Under the pieces are notes generated by a model, which was given only the letters and a program-made list of their open reading frames with translations, made no database searches and was not told where the DNA came from. A program made the position numbers and the translations under genes. A stretch of DNA of 63,553 nt, filler included, from Licmophora abbreviata (lineage: Eukaryota): the NCBI GenBank assembly GCA_900291995.1. It is 8 parts of 8 records of this genome, joined end to end, with 100 filler letters (N's around TTAATTAATTAA, not from the genome) between each part and the next. Parts side by side here need not be neighbours in the genome. Positions count along the whole stretch, not along the records: positions 1 to 20,134 come from OLMU01000052.1; 7 more parts are not named here. One strand, 5' to 3'. The first letter of the stretch is position 1; the number at the start of each line of letters is the position of its first letter. Of this stretch, positions 1-11,577 are shown piece by piece.

Positions 1-842
1 GGTCGCAATCGCTCCGACAATTCTCCCAAGTTACTAGCTCCATGATTCGCCTTGATTGCACGATTTTGCCACCTTTTCGAAGAGTAATTCTGATGTTGTC
101 GCGGAGGACTGCAGTAGCGCTCCGTGTATTGCTGAAAGGTCCCCCACGCAGACGGGTCGATCGCTCGCAACAATGGATACAGCTCGACAGGTCGATTAAG
201 AATGGGCGTACCGGTCAACAACCAAAGATAGCGCGATGAAATACCGTTGCAGTGGGATGCACCCAAGACGGCCTGCGTCCGCTTCGTAGCCATCGACTTG
301 AGATAGTGTGCCTCATCGCAAATGAGGACATCGTACGAGTGTGCCTGAAGCTGTTCTCGATGCTTGTGACAAATGTCATAATTGATGAGCTGAATCGATA
401 GGATGATGTTTGGAGTATTGCAATCATGATGATCTTCCATCCTAGGAGTAGTACATAATGGCGCCTTGCTTCCCGTAGCCACAGAAATTTCCACACGCGC
501 ACCGTCGGAAGGAGGATCCAGCCAGGTGTCCAGTTCATCTTGCCAGACGCCCAAGACACTCTTGGGGCAGACAATCAAGATGCGGCCATTCTTGTTTTGA
601 AATACACCATCCTGTCGCAATCGATTGAGGGCGCTGATGGCTTGGACCGTCTTGCCGAGGCCCATCTGATCGGCCAACAAGACTCTTCGATCCTTTACAA
701 GGCGCTCCACACCCGCGTGTTGGTACGGAAAGAGAGAAGGAGCTGTTGTTTGGAGTGCGCTTGTCACGGGAAGAATGGTCATTTTTTTGCAGTCAAAGCA
801 GTGAAAGATGACCGTGCAGAGTAGTAATAGTAGTAGTGGCAT
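1..842 (-). CDS. SNF2-family helicase (SMARCAL1/HARP/ZRANB3-like), 3' part runs off the window
   Basis: Not in the ORF track because it has no stop in the window. Hand translation from ATG 842: MPLLLLLLCTVIFH...LFPYQHAGV...LLADQMGLGKT...ILIVCPKSV...LINYD...LICDEAHYLK...LLTGTPILNRPVEL (SNF2 motifs Q, I, Ia, II, III). Confidence 0.9.
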   Translation of the reverse strand, partial: MPLLLLLLCTVIFHCFDCKKMTILPVTSALQTTAPSLFPYQHAGVERLVKDRRVLLADQMGLGKTVQAISALNRLRQDGVFQNKNGRILIVCPKSVLGVWQDELDTWLDPPSDGARVEISVATGSKAPLCTTPRMEDHHDCNTPNIILSIQLINYDICHKHREQLQAHSYDVLICDEAHYLKSMATKRTQAVLGASHCNGISSRYLWLLTGTPILNRPVELYPLLRAIDPSAWGTFQQYTERYCSPPRQHQNYSSKRWQNRAIKANHGASNLGELSERLR

Positions 843-1081
843 TTAGTTCCTGACAGAAAACCGCGACACAGGTTTTCATCTAACTGCAACGTTTGTCATT
901 CGGATAGGACAAGAGACAGAGTAAAACATCGTGTTGCTTGGTTTCTATTTTGAGTCTATTTTCGGCGTCCATCTCACTTTTTGGCGCGCCAGATTAGCTC
1001 ATAACCTTTTTTGAGGAGGAGACCCCAACGAGATACTTCGCATCACTCTGTGTCCTTGTCGTTCTTGTATTCACGTTTGCC

Positions 1082-2021
1082 ATGGAACGCGAACAAGCGC
1101 AACAGCAGCAACAATCCCCTGTAGCAGACGCGATGATGCTCCCACAACAAAGGGGAATTGACATTCGACAGGCTCTTGAAATCTTGTCGGCTCGGAAGTC
1201 CTTGCATACTCACGACGACAACTCGCACGATGCTGCGGCGTGTCATGGACATTCTTCTGACGATGAATGCAAGAACATGGGACAAATGATTGACTTGACA
1301 AAGCCAGCGAATGATACCATCACTACCACTGCGACACAACAACAAACAACATCGCAATTGGAAGAAACTAGGAAGCTTGTAGAGCAACAACGAAAGGAAC
1401 GCGAGGTGGAAATCAAGAAACGTTTGTCTTCCATGACTGTAAAGGAACTGCTTCAAGCCGTCCTAGAAGCACAAAGGGAACGGGTTGCAACCTATCGTGT
1501 CTATGATGCGTGAGTTTACACTTTGACGATCCATCCCTATTATACTCCCAATACTATTATTCTCGCAGTGTGTGCGTACACACTCTTTCTATTGTTTGAC
1601 GTTAGTCTCAACTATCATTTTTTTCTATCAACCTCATCATCATTCCAGTGGTCTCGAGGGAGTATTGAAAACAGGCAACATGACGAACTATCCATCCATT
1701 TGTGCCCAAGCCACGGCATCCTTTAGCGTCTTGAGCGAAACCATCCGGGCCATCATGAGCGTCTTGGAGAAACAGCACCAAAATATCCACACACTACTGG
1801 GAAGCCTCCAAGAACACGAACGGCAAAAGTTGAATACAACGGCTGCACTGCATTTGGAGCAATTGAGAGAACGGAATGAACGACAACAGGACGACGAACA
1901 AACGAGTCGGTTGTTGCGGGAAGGAGTAGTAGCTTTGAAACGCCAAGTGGGGGAGTGTGTGGAAGCTATCAATGAAGTATTGGAAGAGCTGCGATACGCA
2001 TTAGCTGATGAAGAGGAGTAA
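1082..2021 (+). CDS. REX1-B (required for excision 1-B) domain protein, 2 exons (1082-1509, 1649-2021)
   Basis: GT-AG intron 1510-1648 joins the ORFs in frame. AQRERVATYRVYD...YPSICAQATASFSVLS...LQEHERQKLNTTAALHL resembles the REX1-B family. Confidence 0.7.
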
Positions 2022-2360
2022 CTAGTTATGTAAAGAGAGAGAGAGATGGACTTGAGCGAAAGAGAGGACGCGATTGTCGTCTTTCGACGGGACCGGTAGT
2101 AGTCTCTGTTGCATCGATCATGTCTCGAGACGAGCTCGCACTTGCTTTTTCTGAGTGGACCTCGAGTTATCGCCGACTTGTCCGACTCAGAACTTCGAAG
2201 CTCAAGGAATCCGGCCGAGAGTGGCGCATCACAATGATCTTGTACTGTCGCGTTGCCGTCGACGGATCCACCAGCGTTCACTCTGCCTCTGAACCAGCAT
2301 TCGCCGCATCTAGTGATCCTGGAAGTATATGGAAAGTATCGGAATAAAGTAAACACGAAA

Positions 2361-4031
2361 ATGCCGGACAAATTAAAGGAAGAGACGAAAAAGGAGACGC
2401 CCACGACGGGCATCCCGCCAGAGGCGGAGGCCGAGGAACCCACTGTGCCCGAGTTGCCACCCCTGGAAGCGTCGGCGCGTCGGTTGGAGCGTCTACTGGG
2501 AGGGGGTATCAAGGATAAGGATAGTATGCTGGCACTCACGTATTCGAACCCATCCAAGATTGTCAAGCGGTGGCTCGGGACGTCATCGGGAGCCACGGGC
2601 AAGGCGTCCTTGGACGACGTATCTAGTGCGGCTGCCATGTTGCTGAATCCCGAGGGACAGTGCGCCGCTGGTCGTGAGCTTTTAGCTACCGGGGCACCAG
2701 AGTCGATGGAAACGTCGGACGCGGAAGATCTAGGATTCCTCTCGAAAGCGTCGGAAAGGGAAGTTGAGAGCTGGCTCATCAGTTTGTCTGTGCGCTTGCT
2801 CTGGAAGGACGGCAAGTTCAAGGAGGCCTTTCAGTTGTCGCAGAAGGGCGTTGCCATACTGATGGATCACATTCAGAGTGCTCGAATCCTCACTGGCATG
2901 GGAGCCTCGGTGGCATCCTTGTTTCCCCTGTTGGCTCGCATGTACCGCTTTCGATCATTGGTGGCAGACTCCTTGGCGGACCCTGCCTTGTTGGCGTCGC
3001 TGCGACAGGACATGGTGACGGCGCATGGCCTTGCGTGTCTTCGTCGTGACGTGGACACGCAGTCGACATTATTGAATCTCATGCTGCATGATCTACTGAA
3101 CTCCTCACAAGGTGCGTTTCGGTACAGTGCCTCACCTAGTGAAGCTGCTTTCTGCAAAATTGGTTCGTTTCTCATTATCATTTACTGCTTTCAAATTTCT
3201 TATTGTGCTGCAGTCGAACAAGCCCAGAAACTCCTTTCCAACTCAAGTTTCCCTGATACTGCGTCCAACAACCAGCTCTGTCGTTATTTGTATCAAAGTG
3301 GACGAATTCAAGCTTTGCGATTGGAATACACGTCCGCCTTCTCCAACTTGAGCCAGTCGTTGCGCAAGGCACCTACCAACACGGGCATTGGCTTTCGCAT
3401 TGCCGCTCAACGCCTGCTGGTAGTCGTGCAGCTCCTCATGGGTGAAATTCCGGATCGACATATTTTCTTTGCGGAGGGCATGAGTGCAGAGCTCGCTCCC
3501 TACCTTGCCATTACACAGGCCGTCCGTCGCGGCGACTTGGCGATCTTCACCAAGGTTGTCTCTGAGCATTCGTCCCGTCTGCAGGCGGATGGTACCTACA
3601 CGCTCATTTCGCGACTGGCACATGCCGTCGTCAAGGCGGGGTTGCGCAAGCTGCATATTAGTTACAGCCGCATCTCCCTGCAGGATGTGGCAGACCGACT
3701 TGGCTTGCCGAGTGCAACGTCGGCAGAGTACGTGGTCGCCAAGGCCATTCGTGACGGAGTTCTCGAAGCGACGATTCATCATGGGGGAGGCTACGTACAG
3801 AGTCACGATCTTGTCGACGTGTACGCCACCAAGGAGCCTGCTGAGGCGTTCCACCGTCGTATTGCCTACTGCCTCACGACGCACAACGACGCAGTTCGTG
3901 GAATGCGATACCCTCCAGACGAGTACAAGAAGCAGCTTGAAGCAAGTAGAGGGCTTCGGGGTAAGAGGGATGACAAGACGGACGAAGAAAAGGCGCAAGA
4001 GCTGGAAGAGGAATTCGAAGAAGACTACTAG
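2361..4031 (+). CDS. RPN3: 26S proteasome non-ATPase regulatory subunit 3 (PCI domain); in-frame intron 3112-3213
   Basis: SNNQLCRYLY, PCI region ISYSRISLQDVADRL...AEYVVAKAIRDGVLEA, and C-terminal DVYATKEPAEAFHRRIAYCL. Confidence 0.95.
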   Translation: MPDKLKEETKKETPTTGIPPEAEAEEPTVPELPPLEASARRLERLLGGGIKDKDSMLALTYSNPSKIVKRWLGTSSGATGKASLDDVSSAAAMLLNPEGQCAAGRELLATGAPESMETSDAEDLGFLSKASEREVESWLISLSVRLLWKDGKFKEAFQLSQKGVAILMDHIQSARILTGMGASVASLFPLLARMYRFRSLVADSLADPALLASLRQDMVTAHGLACLRRDVDTQSTLLNLMLHDLLNSSQGAFRYSASPSEAAFCKIGSFLIIIYCFQISYCAAVEQAQKLLSNSSFPDTASNNQLCRYLYQSGRIQALRLEYTSAFSNLSQSLRKAPTNTGIGFRIAAQRLLVVVQLLMGEIPDRHIFFAEGMSAELAPYLAITQAVRRGDLAIFTKVVSEHSSRLQADGTYTLISRLAHAVVKAGLRKLHISYSRISLQDVADRLGLPSATSAEYVVAKAIRDGVLEATIHHGGGYVQSHDLVDVYATKEPAEAFHRRIAYCLTTHNDAVRGMRYPPDEYKKQLEASRGLRGKRDDKTDEEKAQELEEEFEEDY

Positions 4032-4263
4032 GAAAACAATAACAATAATGAAAGACACACAATAAGAGTGAAAACACAGTACTATCATACGCAAAGCATG
4101 TGTTCATTTCGTGTCTTCAAAATAGCATTCGCTACGAAGCTGTTAGAGTGCTGTATCTTTACAGAAGGTCAATAAGCCTGACCAACGACGACCTTCCGTT
4201 CTACAACGGACCGTCGATAGTGGGAAGTGCGTTCCCGTGCATAACGGGAGAGCAGCCACCAGC

Positions 4264-6175
4264 TCATGGCAGTGGAGTAAACCCGCCATATCCATCAATG
4301 TGATGTGGCGGAGGGTGGTGGAGATGGTGCAGTTGCTGCATTCCTCCGTGGTGGAGGTTGCTGTTGACTCGTTTGTGCTGAACTTTGAGTCGCTTGTTTC
4401 CAATCTGGAATCCGTTCATCTGCTCAATGGCCGCTTCGGCGGATATAACCGAGTCATACGATACAAAACCTGAAGCACGTCATAAGGAAAACGGAGAGAG
4501 GTTTGTTAGGCAGAGAAAAGAAAGGAGCAGCGACGCTACCATGAATCGACACGTACCAAAGCCCTTGCTCTCTCCAGTGTACTTGTCGACATACACCTTG
4601 GCACTAATAACGTTTCCAAATGGATTGAAAGCAGTGGCAAGATCAGCATCTGTCAGGTCGTGCGGCAAGTGGTACACAAAGAGATTGGCTCCAGCGGGAC
4701 CTTCTCGAGGACGTGCCTGCTGATGTGGGCGAACCTCTTGTCGATTTTGGTACGAATAAGGCGGGGCGTAGTGCGGAGGATACATGTACGGAGGAGGCCC
4801 ACCGTGCGGAGGAGGCCCGCCAGGACCGTAAGGCCCCGGATACTGTGGTGGCATCGAGTACTGATGAGGTCCTGTCGGGTGAGGATGCCCATATTGGGTG
4901 GCATGGGGTACGGAGCAGGGTATGGCGCTGGTCCACCGGCACCCATAGCAGCCATCATCTGCTCTCTTCGATTGTTTCGGAACTGTCGTGCTTGGCGTTG
5001 ATGCTTGTTGTCCGCAAACTTGACAATGAGAGGACGGGTGGATCCATCCATAACGATGCTGTTGTTGAGGTTCTCTATCGCGCCTACGGCGGCTTCGCGT
5101 TCGACGTAGCGGAGAAAGGCTGCGCATCGACTCGAGCCGTCCGAGTTTCGAATCATGTAGATCTCATGAATTTCACCAAAAGGCGAAAAAAGTTCTCTCA
5201 CGTCGTCCTCTGTAGTGGTACGAGAAAGCATTCCGATAAAAAGCTTGTTCTCCGGCATGGCTAAGAACGAGAAAGACAGATAGATAGCATGACAAATGTC
5301 AGCAACGTCGCGTGTCAAGTGCGCGTAGGTCGTAACAGCCAATTGAGACTCACTCGACGGCTCAGCGGGCTTGACCTGGGCAGGCCTCCTGCCCCCCGGG
5401 AATGTAAACTTATCGTGAAGAGCCTCGATGGCCTGTTCGGCGTCGGAAGAAGACCAGTAGGTGACAAAGGCACATCCACGGTGAAGGCCCGAATGCTTGT
5501 CCCGAATGACCGCGACATCCTTTAGGGGGCCGAAGGGACTGAAGGCAGGAAATATGTCCTCTTCCCCCAAAGTCTTTGGAACCTGTCGGAAACGAGACGA
5601 GTTGGATACAAACGTGATGATGAGCAATCAAGCGAACGCTCTGACTGAGGAGTCACACTTGATTATGTACAACGGATGATGACTTCTACGCGCGACGAAA
5701 CGTCATGACACTCCGCGACAGTAGTCTCCGCCAGCGGTATTGCCGCTATATACAACGTCTCGCAGTAGCTCAAAATCCTCGACACTGAACAACGGAACAC
5801 CCAGAAGCTTACCTGTCCTACAAAGAGCTTCAAAGGATCCTCTTCGGAATTTGGCTCTTCGTCATTGTCTTGTTCACCCGGAACACGGTCCACGGCATGC
5901 TGATGTTCATCCTCTTCTCTGTTTTCTCCGTTCATACCAAGCGCCATAAATTGACTTTCGAGCCCAGCTATGTCATTCTGCCCAGGCAAGGGAGCATTGA
6001 CGTAAACCTGCTGTGGTGGCAGCGAGCCGTTGCTGCTGCTGAAGGCAGATTCGGGCTGAGGAGCCAGAATCTTGTCTGGCAAGAATGAGGGTGCCACCTC
6101 CTTTGGTGAATCTCCATCCCCGCTTAGCGCTTTCACTTGGGAGTCTCCTGTCGGTTCCATAATGCCAATAAGCAT
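4264..6175 (-). CDS. CELF/Bruno-like RNA-binding protein with 3 RRMs; introns 5812-5583, 5353-5261, 4556-4470; apparent frameshift at ~4888-4890
   Basis: KLFVGQ|VPK...[16 protein letters not shown]...[23 protein letters not shown]...ESKGFG|FVSYD...[16 protein letters not shown]. The start could be 6175 or 6160. Confidence 0.9.
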
Positions 6176-6636
6176 GGCAAAAGCTGGACGGTGAGAACCT
6201 GAACTCTCTACGATTTCATGGACGCAACAGGCGGCCGTCTTTGTGCACTTGTGTATTTCGGCGCCAAAAAATGATTCTTTGCGCGGGCGGGCGCGAAATT
6301 CATAATGTTATATCCGTTGCCCGCTGGCATGCTCAAGTTGCAGTACATTTCGATTTAGGATTAAACAGCTACGTAGCAAATGTAATACTCCTTTCAAATT
6401 TTGATCGAGTCACGTTTTTGTTTACCCGTGACTCAAAAGCGCGCGCCGCATGGCTCGCCACGCTCGTGAGTGATGAATGGGACGAAACTCCAGCTCATAA
6501 CCCTCTCTGTATCTCCTGAAACAAAGGCATGGCCTTCCAGCGGCACCACAAGGTATCTCTGGAAATCAGCATGGCTGGAATCAACCAGTCTCCTGCACCC
6601 CCTTACTCACAAAGCCGCTATATTTGATCGGGTACC

Positions 6637-7431
6637 ATGGATTCGGATGATGTCAATAACCGTGCCCAAAACAATTTAGCAGTCGAGACGACGGTGACAA
6701 AATTCTGGTGGATTCTACGAAAAGGCGCGTCGCAAGTGATGAACGACGCTCCCAAGGCCTGGAAAGGACCCAACGCACATGAATACGAATATGAGCAAGA
6801 TATTCTCAAGAGGAATTACAGTTGCATTAGGTGGGGGATCTATTGTTCCTTTGCATGTTTTGTCTCATTTCGATTGGGAGCCAATCCCCGCGTGCGACAG
6901 TTTCGAGAGCGACTCATTGCCCAATGGAGGATGAAGCAAAATTCGAATGCAGAGACCTCAAAACCGGTAAGCCAACTGACAAAGGAGTGGAAGTCTCCTG
7001 CTGAAATTCAAGACGAGCTGCTTCGAGCACGTCTACAACAAGCTTCGTCGGTTCCGGTCGATCTTCTTGTATCCTTCTTTATGGGAATTTCGGCGACGGC
7101 CTTTTTGGCTGACTTCAAGCAAATGGACAGAGATTTTCAACAGATTCCTCTTGTTTACGGTCGCAGTGTCGTATCAGACGTTTTGTGCCATGACATGACG
7201 GAAGCGTATGAGAACGCCTCTCCTCAAGTGTGGCAAAACGGCCCTGACGACAGACTGGCCACGATGCACACATTCGTGAAGAACTGTCGAACGCGATCGA
7301 CGTACGAGACCATGATCAGACAGCAATCGGAGCTACCCGATGCTGCTCCAGTGTCGATTCCATATGGAGCTTTCAACAAAGGATTCTTGGATTTTCTAGA
7401 GTCAATAGAGGCACGATCACAGAAACCCTAG
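6637..7431 (+). CDS. hypothetical protein with two hydrophobic segments
   Basis: 264-aa ORF filling the space between CELF and TMEM18; no family recognised; start uncertain. Confidence 0.6.
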   Translation: MDSDDVNNRAQNNLAVETTVTKFWWILRKGASQVMNDAPKAWKGPNAHEYEYEQDILKRNYSCIRWGIYCSFACFVSFRLGANPRVRQFRERLIAQWRMKQNSNAETSKPVSQLTKEWKSPAEIQDELLRARLQQASSVPVDLLVSFFMGISATAFLADFKQMDRDFQQIPLVYGRSVVSDVLCHDMTEAYENASPQVWQNGPDDRLATMHTFVKNCRTRSTYETMIRQQSELPDAAPVSIPYGAFNKGFLDFLESIEARSQKP

Positions 7432-7459
7432 CACTTCCCTCTACCAATAACTACTCTGC

Positions 7460-8272
7460 CTAATTCGTCTTCTTTCGCTTCTTCTCCGCAGCCTTCTTTT
7501 CGGCTTCTTGTTTACGCTTCAATTCGGTACTCTTGACTTGTACCAACAGTTGCGAAGCTTCTCTCAGATAAGATACAAGCATGAAAAAGCAATCCAACAT
7601 GAGCGGCGCACACACGAAGATTCCGACAAAAATACCCCGATCATCAAAATAGTTCTGCGTTGCAAACTCTTCCCAGTGTTGAGCACCATAACTGTTCATC
7701 CATTCGGCACCCCGAACCATGACAAAGACACAGATCATAACACCAATCCGTGCCGGCAGTGCTCGATTGGGACGCGAGGCCCACATGCAAACGAAGAACG
7801 CGACGACTTGAAAGACGAGAATCGAAACAATGAATGGTTCTTTCCAATTAATAGCGGCTTGGAAAGCTTTGAGGTGTTCCATGGGTGTCTGGGGACCGAC
7901 CTGGAATTACACAACGAGGGCAATCGAGTTAGTACTTGATCCGATAGTACGCGCATGTGAGTCTTGACCCAGATTTTGCTTGTTAACACACACCTCGCTC
8001 TGTCCTGCCATTATATCCCCAATGACGCTCTTAGCAATTCCTTCCAAGGGAGAACCCATAGTGCCGTCTTGCAAATCAAGTCCGTCCATGTCGAACTCGA
8101 GAGGAATGTCCGCCGAGGGGTCATCTTCGCCTGTAGCTTTCGCCGGATCTTCTGCGTTCATCATTGCTGCCACACCTTCCTCCATACGAGTCGCTATTTG
8201 CTCGGCGGACTGCAAGACCTCATTGGCAATCTTACGAAAGACGCCTTGATGTTGTTCCTCCGTTGGTGCCAT
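7460..8272 (-). CDS. TMEM18: transmembrane protein 18 homolog, 2 exons (8272-7994, 7900-7460)
   Basis: AINWKEPF...AEWMNSYGAQHWEEFATQNYFDDRGIFVGIFVCAPL; the intron joins in phase 0. Confidence 0.85.
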
Positions 8273-8483
8273 GGTCACGGTCGTTGAGAATAAGAAATGA
8301 GCGATGTGACGACGAGCGACGCGGCAAAATCAATGCGATCGTAGGAGGAATGGGAGTTTGAGCAAGAGGGAATCTTGGATTTTCGATTCAAAAGTTTACC
8401 GCGTTACCGCCATACTTGACGAAACACAGCCTCTGCCAGCCGTCGAAAATTTCTCACGGTGGTCGGTCCACAACAAATTCACC

Positions 8484-9599
8484 ATGGTGAGCTTACGGCA
8501 TCGTGTTTTGCCGGTATTGCACGTGTAGATGGTGTCAGGGGACGATTTTCTGTATGGCAAGCGTCTCCTAGCGAAATCCCGAAAGCAACGAACTTCAGAA
8601 TCCAGAATTGGATATTGCCTTTGCTATTTAGAGTGCCCACTGGTTCTCACTCACATCTGTTCCTTCCGTCGTCACTTTGCGCAGGTTTTTGTCAGGGTTC
8701 AGAAAAGCAAGGCGTACTTCTCGCGCTACCAGGTCAAGTACCGTCGTCGCCGCGAGGGCAAGACGGACTACCGCCAGCGCAAGCGTCTCTGCACGCAGGA
8801 CAAGAACAAGTACCAGGCTCCCAAGTACCGTCTTGTCGTTCGCTTCACCAACCGTTATGTCATTTGCCAGATCGCCTATTCGCTCATTGACGGCGATCGC
8901 ATCTTGGCCCAGGCCACATCTAAGGAACTTTCTCGTTATGGTTTGAACGTTGGTCTCAAGAACTATGCCGCCGCCTACTGCACTGGTCTCTTGGTGGCGC
9001 GTCGTCTCTTGCAGAAGATTGGACTCGACGATGTCTACGAGGGAAACACTGAAATTGATGGAGAGGTCATTACCACTGAGTATGACAAAAAGAAGTACTA
9101 CGTCGACGAAGTTGACGAGGACAAGCGTCCCTTCCGTGCCTTGCTGGACGTTGGATGCCGCCCCACCACTACTGGATGCCGAGTCTTTGGCGCCATGAAG
9201 GGCGCCGCCGATGGTGGATTGGACGTTCCTCACTCCGAGAAGCGTTTTCCTGGATACGACCGTGATGCCAAGGAGTACGATGCGGACATGCACCGTGAGC
9301 GCATCTTTGGCGGTCATGTTGGCGAGTACATGGAGTATTTGGAGGAGGAAGATAACCAGAAGTACCAGGAGCACTTTGCTGCTTACATTGCAGACGGCGT
9401 TGCTGCCGATGGACTCGAGGAGTTGTACGAGGAGGTTCACGAAAAGATTCGTGAGGACCCTAGTCCCTCTGCTAAGAAGGACTTTACTCCTGATAAATCC
9501 TTCAAGCGCACGGCCAAGCTCACTTTGGACGAGCGCAAGGCGCGTGTGCAAGCCAAGAAGGATGCCAAGGTGGCCGAACTCGAAGCCGATGACGAGTAA
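8484..9599 (+). CDS. RPL5: 60S ribosomal protein L5 (uL18); exon 1 is the ATG only, intron 8487-8684
   Basis: M|VFVRVQKSKAYFSRYQVKYRRRREGKTDY...GLKNYAAAYCTGLL...GAADGGLDVPHSEKRFPG. Confidence 0.97.
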
Positions 9600-9872
9600 G
9601 CAATACTAGTTCAAAGGTTATCGTACGCGTTTGTTTGGCTTATAGACTGGTTACTAGCAGGTGTGTGTTCTCCAGTTTTCCGTGGATCCCCGGGACGTTC
9701 GCAAGTTGCACTTTATGTGTAGAATCTATTTGCACCAACTTCTTTACACGCATGGTAACCTATTGTAGCTTGCTTAGTAAATAGGCCATGAAGCACGGCA
9801 ATCGCACAGCATTGTTCAATTCGACACAAAATGGAGTGAAAAGACACCCCTTGGGTGAAGATATGGTACTTA

Positions 9873-11125
9873 TTAGTGAGGCGACGACATCTGAATAGCA
9901 ATTGCTGATGGAGAGTCAACCTGCATGACAGCGATGCTCCTTGTATCTTCCTCGTCAATTTGCATGCCACTTTCGTTCGAGTCATCAGACCTCCGGTGAG
10001 AGCTCGCGTTTCTCTTTCGTCGATGAAAGAGCCTATCAAACCGCGAGAGGATACCTCCTCTCTGTTCACGTCGAAGTTGTTTTCGCTTCTCTCTACGGAG
10101 CCCCTGAACAGTCGCCCAAACATCTTCATCCGACACCATGGGCACTCGACAACAGGGACATTCCGTATTTGCCCTTCTCTCCAACCAATCTAGAATGCAA
10201 TCACGGTGGAAGCGGTGTGAACAAGTCGTCGAGTTGTAACAAGTACCAGTGTCGTCTCCTGTGGGCAATGTTGCAGATTCGATCCACAACAGCGCGGTCC
10301 ACAAGTCAGCAACGGAGTTTGCACATGAAGTGAGCACACGCACTAGTCCACAGGCTTACCGTACTCCATCAAGCAAATACTGCAGACAGGTTCTGAAGCA
10401 GAAGCATCGATAGACCGACCGTCTTCCAAGCCCAGGAGCTCCTCGGGTATCTCGCCGTCATTTTCGACCAAGCCAATCACGGGAGATGAGGGGTCATCTT
10501 CCCCTGAGTCAACGGGAGATGAGGGGTCATCTTCCCCTGAGTCAATGGATTCATCAAAGGTATCGTCAGTCATGAAGCTCTGCTCATTGGGATTTAGCTC
10601 TTTGTCGTCCACTTGTTCATCCGGCGTCAGTAGCTGTTCAATCGCCACGCGTCGTTCCTCTCGAGTCATAAGTCTCACAGTTGCAGGATTGCCTTCGCCG
10701 TTCACGTCCTGCTCCATTGCAATAACATATCGACGCAGAATAAACCCCAATGGAATATAGAATCGTCGTCCAATTAGGTACACTCTTCCAAAATCTTCAT
10801 CGTACACATCCAGTTCGCCGCGGGCTCTCATTCTGACAATAAAGAACACGAGCAGTGAATACAACAACGCCAGCACCAACCAGGCTGCCGCGATCAGGAA
10901 AAAGGCTGCTACCAAAAAGTCAATCCCGCTGCTCGCAGGGGCGCTCCAGTCACTCTGTCTCTCTTGCACTGTAGGAGGCGAGGTCGCGTGATCTTGAGGC
11001 TCACAACCAGAACATTCTGTGGTAGTATCACGTCTTCGAGCCGGAGCGGAAAAGGCCCGTTCTGCCTCGCAGTAGCCGACCAGAAAGGCAGATGCGATGA
11101 GAAGGGTTGTGCGAATAGAGCTCAT
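9873..11125 (-). CDS. signal peptide + transmembrane + RING-H2 E3 ubiquitin ligase; intron 10359-10259
   Basis: MSSIRTTLLIASAFLVGYCEA signal, a hydrophobic TM segment, and CSICLMEY|G...CSHRFHRDCILDWL...CPCCR. Confidence 0.85.
10479..10544. repeat. perfect 33-bp tandem duplication (DSGEDDPSSPV x2) inside the RING gene
   Basis: acgggagatgaggggtcatcttcccctgagtca occurs at 10479 and 10512. Confidence 0.95.
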
Positions 11126-11577
11126 TCTGTTTGAAAAAGTGATCACTCTAGCAGCTTTCATCCTACTAAGTGGATCGATGACAGTCACTGAAGTCTCCAT
11201 CCATCTCACCTCCCTGAAGCGGGTCTTCCAAAAAATTCACGCGTTATCATATCTCACTTTTTCAAGATTCGGCGAAGACGATCAAATTTTTCAACGCTAC
11301 GGGTATGAATATGTGTATAAGATAAATGTGGCCCGCCGAGCGCTTGTTGAGTGTACTTCAACCTGCTGGTGGGCTCTTTATAATGCCTAAATGGCTGTAT
11401 GATGTATATACTACTTAGAGGGGCATATGTAGGGGATATGAGCTGTGGATAGGTCATGCCGTCTGACAGCCACGATTTTTCATGTTCTTCATATTTTGCG
11501 CGCCACAAACCAAACATAACAGAACACGACGACGCCGTGATACTAGGGTGATTGATTACACCTCCACTTCCGCCACG

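Noticed and set aside
4201..4266. Possible readthrough of the CELF TGA into a short coding-looking extension
   Set aside because: Only about 20 codons, no motif and no SECIS seen; consistent with chance.
5614..5648. GTGATGA...CTGA C/D-box-like motif
   Set aside because: It is antisense to the host CELF intron, too short, and explained by the branch-point/acceptor region on the other strand.
8628..9551. Long antisense ORFs opposite RPL5 (also opposite RPN3, BMS1 and the peptidase)
   Set aside because: Shadow ORFs from codon bias; no recognisable motifs.
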